Source: Chloroflexota bacterium
GTDB lineage: Bacteria; Chloroflexota; Limnocylindria; Limnocylindrales; CSP1-4
Length of the DNA: 64,000 nt
Direction: 5' to 3'
Assembly (NCBI GenBank): GCA_044506615.1
Contig: JBIQKJ010000005.1
Location: 67,344 to 131,343 of the forward strand
Part shown: piece after piece, positions 10,001-19,106 of the stretch
How positions within the stretch are numbered: the first letter of the stretch is position 1
Layout of the letters: the number at the start of each line of letters is the position of its first letter
Made by a program: the position numbers and the translations under genes
The notes under the pieces: generated by a model
Database searches by the model: none
Told to the model about the DNA's origin: nothing
Seen by the model: the letters and a program-made list of their open reading frames with translations, nothing else

Positions 10001-10362
10001 CCTCCCCGCGCGAGGTCGTGTGGGCCGAAACGCTCGGCGAGGCGCTGCAGCTCCTGCTCGAGGCCGAGGGCGGCAACGGTCCGGCGCCCAGTCCTACCCC
10101 GGAGCCGACTCCGGAGCCTGAGCCGGGCGAATCGCCCGAGCCGGGCGCCTCGCCCGAGCCCACACCGCCGACGCCGGGCGAGACGCCGCCGGCCGACGAC
10201 CTGCAGGGACTGATCGAGTACGCCAACACGCATTTCGAGCTCGCCCAGCAGGCGCTGCGTGACGGCGACTTCGCGACGTACGGCGCGGAGATGGAGCTCG
10301 TCGAGGCGGCCTTGCGGCAGCTCGACGAGCTCGTCGGCGGCGCCGGCAGCCCCGCCCCATGA
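7099..10362 (+). CDS. UPF0182 family large conserved transmembrane protein (Rv3193c-like)
   Basis: 1087 aa; N-terminal multi-TM region followed by conserved segments (IYTHGIGVAMAPV..., YFGERESHYIVVGARQNEFDFP...) characteristic of UPF0182; Pro/Glu-rich tail. Confidence 0.85.
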   Translation: MRDLFDDFMDELRRREAAARGEDPDAAAPRRARRVGPDDPTGGPDGPRDPDEPGRGRGGPDDNPDPDRPRRAPGAGPGGPGGPRRPVRRQGGGLRSRLAGAGRSVVIALAALVVLALIVLFGVGIDLWTDALWYRSVGYDPVFWTRIGAQAGLFALGLVLALVVLLGNLWLAGRLMPPAAAGGGAIRGLFERLNEAARQAEYNRPGGARRWDPGAGGPRQVVWDPDELPDFTPMAGWVLGGLAVFVALGLAGSLAAAWETILLWQHRVPYSEAGPVTDPIFNRDISFFLFDLPFLRLVQAVFNGLVVGGLLIAITRYLIGAMRGGAVFTTPVRVHLGILGALFLVSVAVGYQLDKFELVYSARGIATGVSFTDQNAQFLAYDVLTVLSGLAAALLAGGAFTRMLWPLGLVLGVWFLASIVVGRIYPEAVQRLTVVPNQYAQEQRYIANNIAMTRMAFGLDQWETRSFRGEDVLTEEAIQAEDDTFRNARLWDYRPLGVSLDQLQTIRRYYNFTDIDTDRYVIDDVQRQVMLSGRELDLSRHPNATGWVNQRVIYTHGIGVAMAPVNEVTNEGQPRLFIRNLPPVSSGGAPEITQPRIYFGERESHYIVVGARQNEFDFPTGQGDAEDVEGFETRWSGTTGIRLDNTLMRLLFALRFRDFDLLISDQVTGSSQLLFHRSLPDRLPRIAPFLRYDKDPYIVIDESTGRLAYVQDAFTISDRFPHANAFDPRALEATGLGRVPFNYIRNSVKVVVDAYDGTTTFYVADEADPLIRAYMAIFPTLFRPIDEMPESLRSHIRYPEELFNTQTRMFERYHVENPLRFFQNDDLWTVPTGQTSDQSLPSEAYYVIMRMPGEPQAEFLLLQPMLPVNRPNMIAWVAARNDPENYGAIRVYRFPAETTVFGPAQIEARIVQDPLISQQITLWSQAGSNVIRGNLIVVPVGDSLIYLQPVYLQSEASAFPEFRRIVVASPREVVWAETLGEALQLLLEAEGGNGPAPSPTPEPTPEPEPGESPEPGASPEPTPPTPGETPPADDLQGLIEYANTHFELAQQALRDGDFATYGAEMELVEAALRQLDELVGGAGSPAP

Positions 10363-11354
10363 GCTGGGGAGCGGGGATGCTCGCCTCGCTCCTCGTCGTG
10401 CTGCCCCGACCGGGGACCTGGATGGTCGCGCTGGCGGCCTTCCTGCTCCGGGGCGGGCTGCTCGTCTTCCTCGTCCCGATCCTCGTCGTGCCGTCGCCGG
10501 TCGAGCTCGCGACGGCGTTCGGACCTTCGATCACGTCGTTCGTCTTCGGCGGGCTGTCGCCCGCGTTCGCGCTGGCCGTCGGGGCGATCTTCGCGACGTT
10601 CCTCGCCTGGCTGCTCGTCGGCGGCTGGATCGCGGCAGCCACCGAGCGGGTGCTCGTCGAGACCGTGGCCGCGGACGACGAGGTCGCGGCGCTCGGCGAG
10701 CCCTCCGCGCCGCCTGGTCCGCGGCGTGGAACGACGATCGCCCGGACGATCGTGCTGCGGCTGGCCGGCCACGTCCCGCTGGCGGTCGCGCTCGCCTGGG
10801 GCTCGCTTCGCGTCGTGCGGGCCGCGTACGCGGAGCTGACCCTGCCGAGCGACGTCACGGTGCCGATCGCGCTCCGGGTGCTCGCCGCCGTTCCGGACGC
10901 GGTGGCCGCGATCGTCGTGGCGTGGATCCTCGGCGAGGTGCTCGGGGCGCTGGCGACCCGGCGGGTGATGCTGCGCGGACAGCACGTCGACGCGGCGTAT
11001 CTCGGAGCATGGGCCGACCTGCTGCGACGACCCGCGACGACGCTCGCGACGTTCGCGGTGCCGGCCGCCGTCCTGGTCGTGGTCGTCGTGCCGATCGTGG
11101 CGGCCGCCGGCGTGGCGTGGGGCGCGCTGCGCGTCGTGCTCGCCACGTCGCGGAGCGCCAACCCGCTCGAGATCGTGCTGCTGCTCGCGGCCTTCGTGGC
11201 GGTGTGGTGCGTCGCGCTCGTCGTGGCCGGCCTCGTGTCCGCCTGGCGCAGCGCCGCGTGGACCGTGGAGGTGCTGCGCGCCCGGACGATCGGCTCAGCG
11301 CCGGCCCGCCAACCGGGGGACTGGATCGACCTCGAGCCCTCTGGCAGGCTGTAG
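10359..11354 (+). CDS. Hypothetical polytopic membrane protein, translationally coupled to UPF0182 gene (ATGA overlap)
   Basis: ATG 10359 overlaps TGA 10360-10362; 8+ hydrophobic helices. Confidence 0.6.
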   Translation: MSWGAGMLASLLVVLPRPGTWMVALAAFLLRGGLLVFLVPILVVPSPVELATAFGPSITSFVFGGLSPAFALAVGAIFATFLAWLLVGGWIAAATERVLVETVAADDEVAALGEPSAPPGPRRGTTIARTIVLRLAGHVPLAVALAWGSLRVVRAAYAELTLPSDVTVPIALRVLAAVPDAVAAIVVAWILGEVLGALATRRVMLRGQHVDAAYLGAWADLLRRPATTLATFAVPAAVLVVVVVPIVAAAGVAWGALRVVLATSRSANPLEIVLLLAAFVAVWCVALVVAGLVSAWRSAAWTVEVLRARTIGSAPARQPGDWIDLEPSGRL

Positions 11355-11413
11355 CCCCTTTCGGCCGGCTGCGTCCTTCGGGCGGAGGTTGCCGATCGCA
11401 CGAGGTACCGGGG

Positions 11414-12565
11414 ATGGCCCACGATCCGCTTGTCTGTCCGGAGTGCCACGAGACCGTTCCGCCGGGGCGGCTGTCGTGCCCGCACTGCGGCACGGTCCTC
11501 GCCGCGGTGGCGGGACGCGCCTGGGCCCGGCCGGTCGTCGCCACGGACCCCGGGGACGAGCCGGCGCTCGTGGCGCGCTCCGTCGCCGACGTGCTCGCCG
11601 ACGGCGCAGCCTCGGTCACCGCGGCCTCCGCCGCGATCCCGCCGGTGCTGCGCGATCCCGGCGAGCTGCCGCAGCCGGGGCTGTTCGACCACGGCGACGA
11701 CGACCTCGAGGCCGATGCGCCGCTCCCGGTCGCCCACGGCCCGACCGTGTGGGAGCCGGCACGGCTGCCCCCGCCGCCGTTGCTGCCCACGCAGGATCAG
11801 CTCCCTCCGGTGACGCCCTCCTACCTGCCCCGGCCGGGTCTGCGCCCCACGTCGGCGCCGGCGGGGCTTCCGGACGCGGACGTCGATGTGCCCGAGGACC
11901 CGACGCCCGCGCCGCCACCGCCGGGCGCATGGGTGCCGCCGGCGCCGGTCGCCCCCGACGCCTCGATGTCGGGGATCGCCGTCCCGGGAGCTCCGAACGG
12001 TGCCGCCGCGGCGGGCGGCGTCGGGTCGGTGGTCGCCGTGCCGCCGGCACCGTTCCTCGCCCGAGCCTGGGAGGGGACTGCCCCCGCCCCGAGTCCCGAC
12101 GGCGAGGCCGACGGCGCGCCCACGGTCGGCGATCGAGCGCGTCGGCTGCTGACCCTCGAGGGCGTCACCGACGCCGCGAACGCGGTCGTGCTCGCAGGTT
12201 CGATGGCGGTCGCGATCTCGTTCCTCGTCCCGTGGTCGCGAGTGATGATCGGCGCCCGGAGCAGCGGTTCCTACACGGACTCGTGGGGCCTCGCGGGCCC
12301 CGGGCACGCGTGGGTCTTCCTGGCCGCGATCGTGACGTGCGCGCTGGCCGCGATGCCGAACCGGGTCTCGGCCTGGTTCCGGTCGGGGGTCCTCGGGCTC
12401 ATCCTCGGGTCGCTCGTGCTCGGGCTGGCATGGCCGTACGCGCTGGGTCCGCTGGGAGCGGGCCCCGGCGTCGTGCTCGTGGTCGTGGCCGGGTTCATGC
12501 TCGTCGGGGCCGGGCTGACCGGCGTCGCGACGTCCCGTCACCGCGCGGAGCCGCCAGCCGTCTGA
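11414..12565 (+). CDS. Zinc-ribbon (CPEC-x12-CPHC) / Pro-rich linker / 4-TM membrane protein
   Basis: ATG 11414 (MAHDPLVCPECHE...); C-terminal hydrophobic helices. Confidence 0.55.
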   Translation: MAHDPLVCPECHETVPPGRLSCPHCGTVLAAVAGRAWARPVVATDPGDEPALVARSVADVLADGAASVTAASAAIPPVLRDPGELPQPGLFDHGDDDLEADAPLPVAHGPTVWEPARLPPPPLLPTQDQLPPVTPSYLPRPGLRPTSAPAGLPDADVDVPEDPTPAPPPPGAWVPPAPVAPDASMSGIAVPGAPNGAAAAGGVGSVVAVPPAPFLARAWEGTAPAPSPDGEADGAPTVGDRARRLLTLEGVTDAANAVVLAGSMAVAISFLVPWSRVMIGARSSGSYTDSWGLAGPGHAWVFLAAIVTCALAAMPNRVSAWFRSGVLGLILGSLVLGLAWPYALGPLGAGPGVVLVVVAGFMLVGAGLTGVATSRHRAEPPAV

Positions 12566-12686
12566 AAGACCCGGCCGGGCAAAGCGCCCGGATCGGCGGG
12601 ATCCCCCTGCTACACTGCCCCGGACGCCGGGCGGTCCGCCGTGGGGCGGATCGAGCCGCAGCGAACGGAGGCACCTACCCAGGCGC

Positions 12687-13316
12687 ATGGATCAGATCTT
12701 CGGCCAGATCGGCCAGGCGATCGCGGACTTCTTCGACAACGCGATCGTGCAGCTCGCGCTGCAGGCCATCTTCATCTACCTCACGGCGCTCTGGCTCGCC
12801 ACCGCCTACTGGGCCTTCCGGGACATGCAGCAGCGCTCGGCGAACCCGATCGCGCCGTACTTCGCTGCCGCCGGCATCATCCTGCTGACGCCCTTCTTCT
12901 TCGTCTTCGCGTTCTGGATCTACAAGATCGTCCGACCGCACGAGAAGATCGGCGAGGTCTGGGAGAGGAACCTGGCGGAGGAGGCGCTGCTCGCCGAGGT
13001 CGAGGCGATCCGTCACTGCCCGACGTGCGAGCGGCGGGTCAACGACGAGTGGATCATCTGCCCGACCTGTCGCACCCGGCTCAACCGCGTCTGCCCGAAC
13101 TGCAGCCGGCTCGTCGGGCTCGACTGGTCGCTGTGCGCGTGGTGCGGCAAGGACTTCGAGCGGCGTGACGTGCCGGCCGCCGCGCTCGAGCCGCTCCCCG
13201 GCGGCCTCGAGCCGACCGGTCGACTCGCCGCGGGGTCGCCGACCCGATCGTCGCTCCGGGCCGGACGCTCGGGTGCGGCGCGCGCCTCGGCGCCGGACGC
13301 CCTGCCCGAGCATTGA
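12687..13316 (+). CDS. Membrane protein with C-terminal double zinc ribbon (CPTC..CPTC..CPNC..CAWC)
   Basis: ATG 12687 preceded by GGAGG; 2 TM helices then 4 CxxC pairs. Confidence 0.6.
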   Translation: MDQIFGQIGQAIADFFDNAIVQLALQAIFIYLTALWLATAYWAFRDMQQRSANPIAPYFAAAGIILLTPFFFVFAFWIYKIVRPHEKIGEVWERNLAEEALLAEVEAIRHCPTCERRVNDEWIICPTCRTRLNRVCPNCSRLVGLDWSLCAWCGKDFERRDVPAAALEPLPGGLEPTGRLAAGSPTRSSLRAGRSGAARASAPDALPEH

Positions 13317-14386
13317 TCCCGCCCGACCGGGGCGGCGAGGCGCCGCCGCCGGCCGAGCCCACCGCGCTCGACGCGCCCGCTGCCGACCCTTCGGAGTCCG
13401 CCGACGTGCCGGGGCCGCGGCCCGGGACGTCGACGTTCACGATCGAGGGCCGCGCGGCCCCCGCGTTGTTCGTCGTCGGCTGGCTGGCCTCGCTCATGGG
13501 CCTCGGGCTGCTCGTCGTCAGCTTCCAGTCGGCGGCGGGACCGCCCCAGCTGATCCTGCTGATGGTCGGCCTTGCGCTCCTGTCGATCGGGCTCGTCGCG
13601 GGCGCGGGCTCGCAGGGCATCGAGCGTCGCTCGCGTGGCGTGCAGCCGTACCAGGGACCGTCGCCGCTGATCGTCTTCGCGGCGGTCATCCCGATCGCAT
13701 CGCTCGCGATCGTCGTCGCGGCGGCGCCCGTCTCCTTCCTCGGGTTCGACGTGGACAGCCCGGCGTTCCGCCTGCTGTCGGTCGTCGTCCAGGCGCTGCT
13801 GTACGTCGCGCTGATCCGGTTGCTCGTCGTCGACACCGGGGCGCTGTCGTGGGCGGAGATGGGGATCCGGCGTCCCTCGGGATCTCTGCTGCGAGAGCTG
13901 GCCGCCGGCGCCGTCTGGGCACTGCCGGTCATCGCACTGACCGTCCCGATCTCGGCGCTGCTCGTCGGGCTGTTCGACGCGGTGCCACCCAGCCCGCTCC
14001 CGCCCACCGGCGAGACCGCGGGGTTCCTCGTCCAGCTCGTGGCCGGGGCCGTGATCGCGCCACTCGGGGAGGAGCTGTTCTTCCGGGCGTTCGCGACCAC
14101 GGCCTGGGCGCGCTCGCTGGGCGCCGGAACGGCGATCGTGCGCGGCGGCCTGTTCTTCGCGTTCGTCCACGTCCTGACGATCGCGGGGACGTCGCTGGGT
14201 GAGGCCGCGGCGCTCGCGCTGATCGGGTTCGCGACGCGCGTGCCGATCGGGCTGGTGCTTGGATGGCTGTTCGTGCGACGCGGGACGATCTGGGCGCCGA
14301 TCGGGCTGCACGCGACGTTCAACGCGCTGCTGCTCATCGCGGCTGAGGCGGCCATCCGGTCGGGGGCGGGCGCGGGGCCGGCATAG
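13313..14386 (+). CDS. CPBP family intramembrane glutamic endopeptidase (CAAX protease/Abi family)
   Basis: EELFFRAF motif, FxxxH and HATFN motifs in TM helices; TTG start at 13313 overlapping previous stop (true start may be downstream). Confidence 0.75.
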   Translation: MIPPDRGGEAPPPAEPTALDAPAADPSESADVPGPRPGTSTFTIEGRAAPALFVVGWLASLMGLGLLVVSFQSAAGPPQLILLMVGLALLSIGLVAGAGSQGIERRSRGVQPYQGPSPLIVFAAVIPIASLAIVVAAAPVSFLGFDVDSPAFRLLSVVVQALLYVALIRLLVVDTGALSWAEMGIRRPSGSLLRELAAGAVWALPVIALTVPISALLVGLFDAVPPSPLPPTGETAGFLVQLVAGAVIAPLGEELFFRAFATTAWARSLGAGTAIVRGGLFFAFVHVLTIAGTSLGEAAALALIGFATRVPIGLVLGWLFVRRGTIWAPIGLHATFNALLLIAAEAAIRSGAGAGPA

Positions 14387-14494
14387 GACGCCCCGGCGAC
14401 GCCGACGGCGGGGTCCGTCCGCGTGCACGGTCCCGCCACGGTTCCGCCCGGACCCGTTGACGGTCCGGAGTCACGGCCGGCGCGTGCGCCCCCC

Positions 14495-14817
14495 ATTTCG
14501 CTCTCGCCGAAGTCCAGCGGACATTCGTGCGGGGCTCGGCCGTCATTCGAGCGAATCGCGTTTCGGCGCCGCACGAATGTTGCGGGGACTTCGGTCGGAG
14601 CGAAGTTGCCGGCGAGGCCGAGGCGGCCCGCGCGGCCGGGCTCGCGGCCGGGTTCCGTTCCGGCCCGGCCCGGGAGTTGGGCCACGGCCGGCGTGGGCGC
14701 CCCGCACTTCGCTCTCGCCGAACTCCGGAGGACATTCGTGCGGGGCTCGGCCGTCATTCGGGCGAATCGCGTTTCGGCGCCGCACGAATGTTGCGGGGAC
14801 TTCGGTCGGAGCGAAGT
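14495..14817 (+). repeat. Cluster 1 of the ~113-bp structured palindromic repeat family: copies at 14495-14606 and 14705-14817 (period 210 bp)
   Basis: Each copy: hairpin CTTCG-N7-CGAAG, box ACATTCGTGCGGGGC, ~35-nt centre, box GCGCCGCACGAATGT, hairpin ACTTCGGTCGGAGCGAAGT; the two copies are 98% identical. Confidence 0.85.
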
Positions 14818-15011
14818 CGCCGGCGCGGCAGGTGCGGCCTGCGCGAACCACGGCCTTGGCGCCGGCGCAGCTCCGCCTGACTGGCCGCTCCGTGCGCCAC
14901 GAGCCCCCTTCGGAGCGCGGGACACGGACGGACATCAGCCGCCCGGCCGCGATAAGCACCGCGTAAGCGCCGAAGAAGCAGTGGGTAATCGGCGGCCGCT
15001 ACCGTGTCAGG

Positions 15012-15491
15012 ATGGGCAAGCGCGCGAGAGGGTCACGGGCTCCCGGACAGGGGAAGGACGCCGCCCGGGAGACGCTCACCGTCAGGCGGGTGTTCGAGAC
15101 GTGGTGGGTGCCGGTGCCGGACGGCTTCGCCGAGCGATGGATCGCCGATGGCAACTACTGGCACGCGTGGGACGAGCGACGCTCGATCTCGGTGTCCAGC
15201 ACGGTCATCACCGACAGGGAAACGGGCCGGCCCGTCATGGCCGACGAGATCGCGCCCACGTTCGCGAGGTTGCTCACGGGCGAGCCCATCGACGATCTGC
15301 CGCCCGGACTTCGAGGGCGCGCGACAATCACGACGGTCGACGGCGATGCCCGCGCGGCACGAGCGTTGACCGGCTGCCTCGCCGCAGACGGGCGGATCCT
15401 GATTGCGACCATCACGAGCGACGACCTTGCCTGGGCGAAACGCATCTGGTGCTCGATCGCCTACCGTCCGCCGGCGGCGCGTCGGCGCTGA
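15012..15491 (+). CDS. Hypothetical protein (159 aa) bracketed by repeat-element clusters
   Basis: ATG 15012; codon usage slightly atypical (AGA, AGG, GAA, GAT present); no family recognisable. Confidence 0.4.
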   Translation: MGKRARGSRAPGQGKDAARETLTVRRVFETWWVPVPDGFAERWIADGNYWHAWDERRSISVSSTVITDRETGRPVMADEIAPTFARLLTGEPIDDLPPGLRGRATITTVDGDARAARALTGCLAADGRILIATITSDDLAWAKRIWCSIAYRPPAARRR

Positions 15492-15603
15492 ACCCGGCGG
15501 CCGCCGCGGTTCGACGGAAGGGTCGCCGGCCACGCGCCCGCCTGGAGCACGCGTCGCCTGGCCGAGTGATCCGAGGGTCCGTCTCGACTCGGCGAGCCTC
15601 GCC

Positions 15604-15716
15604 CACTTCGCTCTCGCCGATCTCCTCGGAACATTCGTGCAGGGCTCGACGCAGATTCCGCGGAATCGGGACCGACTCGTGCACGAATGTTGCGCACACA
15701 TCGGTGCGACCGAAGT
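15604..15716 (+). repeat. Cluster 1' copy of the ~113-bp palindromic repeat family (diverged copy)
   Basis: CACTTCGCTCTCGCCGA...GAACATTCGTGCAGG...GTGCACGAATGTTGCGC...CGACCGAAGT. Confidence 0.75.
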
Positions 15717-15720
15717 CGGG

Positions 15721-15840
15721 GGCCGGGCGAGGCCGGGCGAGGCCGGGCGAGGCCGAGGAGGTTGGGCGAGGCCGGCGAGGCCGGGCGCCGGGCCCCGCGT
15801 GGCGGGCGGGCGCCGCGTGGCGGGCCGGGCGCCGCGTGAT
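15721..15840. repeat. GC-rich short tandem repeats ((GGCCGGGCGA)3 and (GCGCCGCGTGGCGGG)~3)
   Basis: Read directly. Confidence 0.6.
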
Positions 15841-16091
15841 GGGAGCCGCAAGCACGGCCGGCGGCCCGCCCCGGGGTTACGGCCGCCGTCCGCACGCCCG
15901 GGTTCGGCAAGCCGACACAGCCCTCGGCCCGGTTGACGCCCCGTGCAGCCCGCGATGATCGACCGATGAGGGCCGCTCGCTAGGCTGCGCAGCGTCCTCG
16001 AGGTTCGGATGGCGGGAGGAATCGGCGGGCTTCCGTCGTTCGGGCCTCGAGGGCTCCGATCCCGCCGGTCCCCCGCAGCCAGGAGGTTCCG

Positions 16092-16859
16092 ATGGCCGAC
16101 GCGCACGCCCCCCGGACCGTCGGGCGCGCGATCCGCGAGCTGCCGGCCGCCGAGCGACCCCGCGAGCGGCTCGCCCAGCGCGGCGTCGGCGGTCTGACCG
16201 CGGCGGAGCTGATCGGGCTCGTGTGGGGCTCGGGAGGCCGCGGCCGCAGCGCGGTCGACATCGCGACCGACGCCCTCGCGGCCCACGACGGGCTCTCGGG
16301 CCTCGCCCGCGCGACCGAGCTGGAGCTCGCGTCGATCGGCGGCGTCGGGCCGGCCAAGGCGGCGCAGCTCCTCGCGGCCTTCGAGCTCGGCCGGCGGCTC
16401 CTTGCCGACTGGCCGGCCGGTCGCTGGACGGTCCGCAACCCGCGGGACGTCGCCGACCGGCTGATCCTCCAGATGGGCCGGCTCGAGCGCGAGGAGCTGC
16501 GGACCGTGATCCTCGACGCGAAGAACCACGTCCTCCGCGTCGCCACGGTCTACCAGGGCAACGTGAGCGCCTCGCTCGTGCGCGTCGGCGAGCTGTTCCG
16601 GGATGCGGTCCGGCTCAACGCGGCATCGGTCATCCTCGTCCACAACCACCCCTCGGGCGACCCGACCCCGAGCCCCGACGACCTGCATCTCACGGCGGAG
16701 GCGCTGGCCGCCGGCCGGCTGCTGGACATCGACCTGCTCGACCACCTCGTGATCGGGCACGACGCCTACGTGTCGCTGCGCGACCGGGGCGTGGCCTTCG
16801 ACCGGCCGTCGCTCGGGTCGGGGCTGCGGGCGGCATCGGCCACGCACGAGGCACGCTGA
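16092..16859 (+). CDS. radC: RadC-family JAB/MPN domain protein (UPF0758)
   Basis: HhH N-domain plus JAMM motif HNHPSGDPTPSPDD; ATG preceded by AGGAGG. Confidence 0.85.
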   Translation: MADAHAPRTVGRAIRELPAAERPRERLAQRGVGGLTAAELIGLVWGSGGRGRSAVDIATDALAAHDGLSGLARATELELASIGGVGPAKAAQLLAAFELGRRLLADWPAGRWTVRNPRDVADRLILQMGRLEREELRTVILDAKNHVLRVATVYQGNVSASLVRVGELFRDAVRLNAASVILVHNHPSGDPTPSPDDLHLTAEALAAGRLLDIDLLDHLVIGHDAYVSLRDRGVAFDRPSLGSGLRAASATHEAR

Positions 16860-17040
16860 CGGGCCGCCGCGACGTGCCGCCCGCCGGGCCGCCCGCAGCG
16901 CGAGCGGGGAGGCGGCCGCGGACCGGCGCCGGCGAGCGACCGGGTATACTGCGGCGGCTTCCCGCGTGATTTCACGTGCCCCGGCCCCGCACCGCCCCGC
17001 GCACGTCGCGATTCCTCCCAGGAAGGACCCGCCCGCCATC

Positions 17041-18093
17041 ATGTTCGACCGCCTGCTCGGCCTCTTCTCCCGGGACATCGGGATCGACCTCGGCACCGCC
17101 AACACGCTGGTCCACGTGCGGGATCGCGGCATCGTCATGAGCGAACCGTCGGTCGTCGCGATCGACGCGAAGACCAAGCGGGTGCTGGCGATCGGCGCCG
17201 AGGCGAAGCGGATGGTCGGTCGCACGCCCGCCAACATCATCGCGGTCCGCCCGCTCCGTGACGGGGTCATCAGCGACTTCGACGTCACCGAGCAGATGAT
17301 CAAGTACTTCGTGAACCGGGTGCACGACCGGGTCGGGCTCATCCCGCGGCCGCGGATGCTGCTCGGCATCCCGTCGGGCGTGACCGAGGTCGAGAAGCGG
17401 GCCGTCCGCGACGCCGCGCTCAACTCGGGCGCCCGCTGGGCCCGGCTCATCGAGGAGCCGATGGCCGCGGCGATCGGTGCCGGGCTGCCGGTCAGCGAGC
17501 CGTCGGGCAGCCTGATCGTCGACATCGGCGGCGGCACGACCGAGGTGGCGGTGATCAGCCTCGGCGGGATCGTCGTGAGCCGCAGCATCCGGATCGGCGG
17601 CGACGAGATGGACCAGGACATCGTCACATTCGCCCGGCGCGAGTACAACCTGTTCCTCGGCGAGCGGACCTCGGAGGACATCAAGATCGCGATCGGGTCC
17701 GCGTACCCCGGGGAGTGGGACCAGCAGCGGGTCACGCTCCGCGGTCGCGATCTGCTGACGGGGCTGCCGCGCAGCGTCGAGGTCGGCGCCGACCAGATCC
17801 GCGAGGCGATCGAGCCGTCCGTCGTCCAGATCGTCGACACGATCAAGGACACGATCGAGGAGACCCCGCCCGAGCTCGTCGCCGACATCATGGACCAGGG
17901 GATCGTGCTCGCCGGCGGCGGCGCGCTCCTCGTCGGGCTCGACCGGCGCGTCGCCGAGGCCACCCAGATGCCGGTCCACGTCGCCGACGACCCGCTCACG
18001 TGCGTCGCCCGAGGCACGGGCATGGTGCTCCAGGAGCTCGAGCGGATGGACCGCGTCCTCGTCTCGGACACCTACTCGCGTCCACCCCGCTAG
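17041..18093 (+). CDS. mreB: Rod shape-determining protein MreB (actin-like ATPase)
   Basis: MFDRLLGLFSRDIGIDLGTANTLV..., 350 aa, strongly MreB-like throughout. Confidence 0.9.
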   Translation: MFDRLLGLFSRDIGIDLGTANTLVHVRDRGIVMSEPSVVAIDAKTKRVLAIGAEAKRMVGRTPANIIAVRPLRDGVISDFDVTEQMIKYFVNRVHDRVGLIPRPRMLLGIPSGVTEVEKRAVRDAALNSGARWARLIEEPMAAAIGAGLPVSEPSGSLIVDIGGGTTEVAVISLGGIVVSRSIRIGGDEMDQDIVTFARREYNLFLGERTSEDIKIAIGSAYPGEWDQQRVTLRGRDLLTGLPRSVEVGADQIREAIEPSVVQIVDTIKDTIEETPPELVADIMDQGIVLAGGGALLVGLDRRVAEATQMPVHVADDPLTCVARGTGMVLQELERMDRVLVSDTYSRPPR

Positions 18094-18142
18094 CCGATCG
18101 CGCCGTTCGCGCTGCCCGCGCCGCGTAGACTGAGCCGACGCG

Positions 18143-19093
18143 ATGACCGCCATCCTTGCCACGAAAGCTGCGCGACGCAAGGCGATCACGTTCGCGATCC
18201 TGGTCGCGATCACGCTGCTGCTCATGGCGTTCTCGAGCAACCCGCTGCTCGTCGAGGTCCAGAAGGGCGTCGCGTTCGCGTTCCGACCGGCCCAGCAGGC
18301 CGTCGACGGCGTCGCCGGCGGCGTGGCCGGGGTCGTCGCGACGATCAGCGAGATCGACACGCTTCGCCGCGACAACGCCGCGCTTCGCGAGGAGAACGAC
18401 CTGCTCCGGGCCGAGAACGGTCGCCTCCAGGAGGTGCGCCGCGAGAACGATCTGCTGACCGGGCTCCTCCAGCTCCAGGCCGGCTTCGAGCACGAGACGG
18501 TGGCCGCGTCGATCGTCGGCCGCGAGCCGGCCGAGTTCCGACGGTCCGTGACGATCGACCGGGGCACCGAGGACGGGATCGAGGAGGGCGACGTCGTGAT
18601 CGCGGGCGGCGGCGCGCTCGTCGGCCGGGCGGTCGAGGTGGGGCCGAACTTCGCTACCGTGACGCTCCTCACGGACGGCTCCTCGACGGTCATCGGCCAG
18701 CTCGTCACCTCCGCCGCGACCGGCGAGGTCGTCGGGCAGCTCGGCGGCGCGCTGACGATGACGAAGATCGATGCGAGCGCGCGGCTCCAGCTCGGCGAGG
18801 AGGTCGTCACGGCCGGGATCGAGCTCGGCGGCGGGATCCGCTCGCCCTACCCGCGCGGCCTGCTGATCGGCCAGGTCATCGACGTGCGGCGGGACGCGAA
18901 CGACGTCGTCCAGACCGCCTTCCTCGAGCCCGCCGCGGCGCTCGACCGGCTCGAGTACGTGCTCGTCATCACCGACTACGACGGCGGGCTGCCACCGGCC
19001 GAGGAGCAGCCGATCGACTGCGAGAACCCGACCTCGAGCGACGGCGTCCTCCCGGAGGGCGAGCAGCCGTGCCTGCCGGAACCGACCCAGTGA
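18143..19093 (+). CDS. mreC: Rod shape-determining protein MreC
   Basis: N-terminal TM, coiled-coil (LRRDNAALREENDLLRAENGRLQE), C-terminal beta domains; directly downstream of mreB. Confidence 0.8.
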   Translation: MTAILATKAARRKAITFAILVAITLLLMAFSSNPLLVEVQKGVAFAFRPAQQAVDGVAGGVAGVVATISEIDTLRRDNAALREENDLLRAENGRLQEVRRENDLLTGLLQLQAGFEHETVAASIVGREPAEFRRSVTIDRGTEDGIEEGDVVIAGGGALVGRAVEVGPNFATVTLLTDGSSTVIGQLVTSAATGEVVGQLGGALTMTKIDASARLQLGEEVVTAGIELGGGIRSPYPRGLLIGQVIDVRRDANDVVQTAFLEPAAALDRLEYVLVITDYDGGLPPAEEQPIDCENPTSSDGVLPEGEQPCLPEPTQ

Positions 19094-19106
19094 CCGCGAG
19101 GGACGC

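Noticed and set aside
16860-17040. Near-palindrome CGCGTGATTTCACGTG upstream of mreB as an operator
   Set aside because: Not a true inverted repeat on inspection (reverse complement differs at the centre), so it is not reported as a feature.
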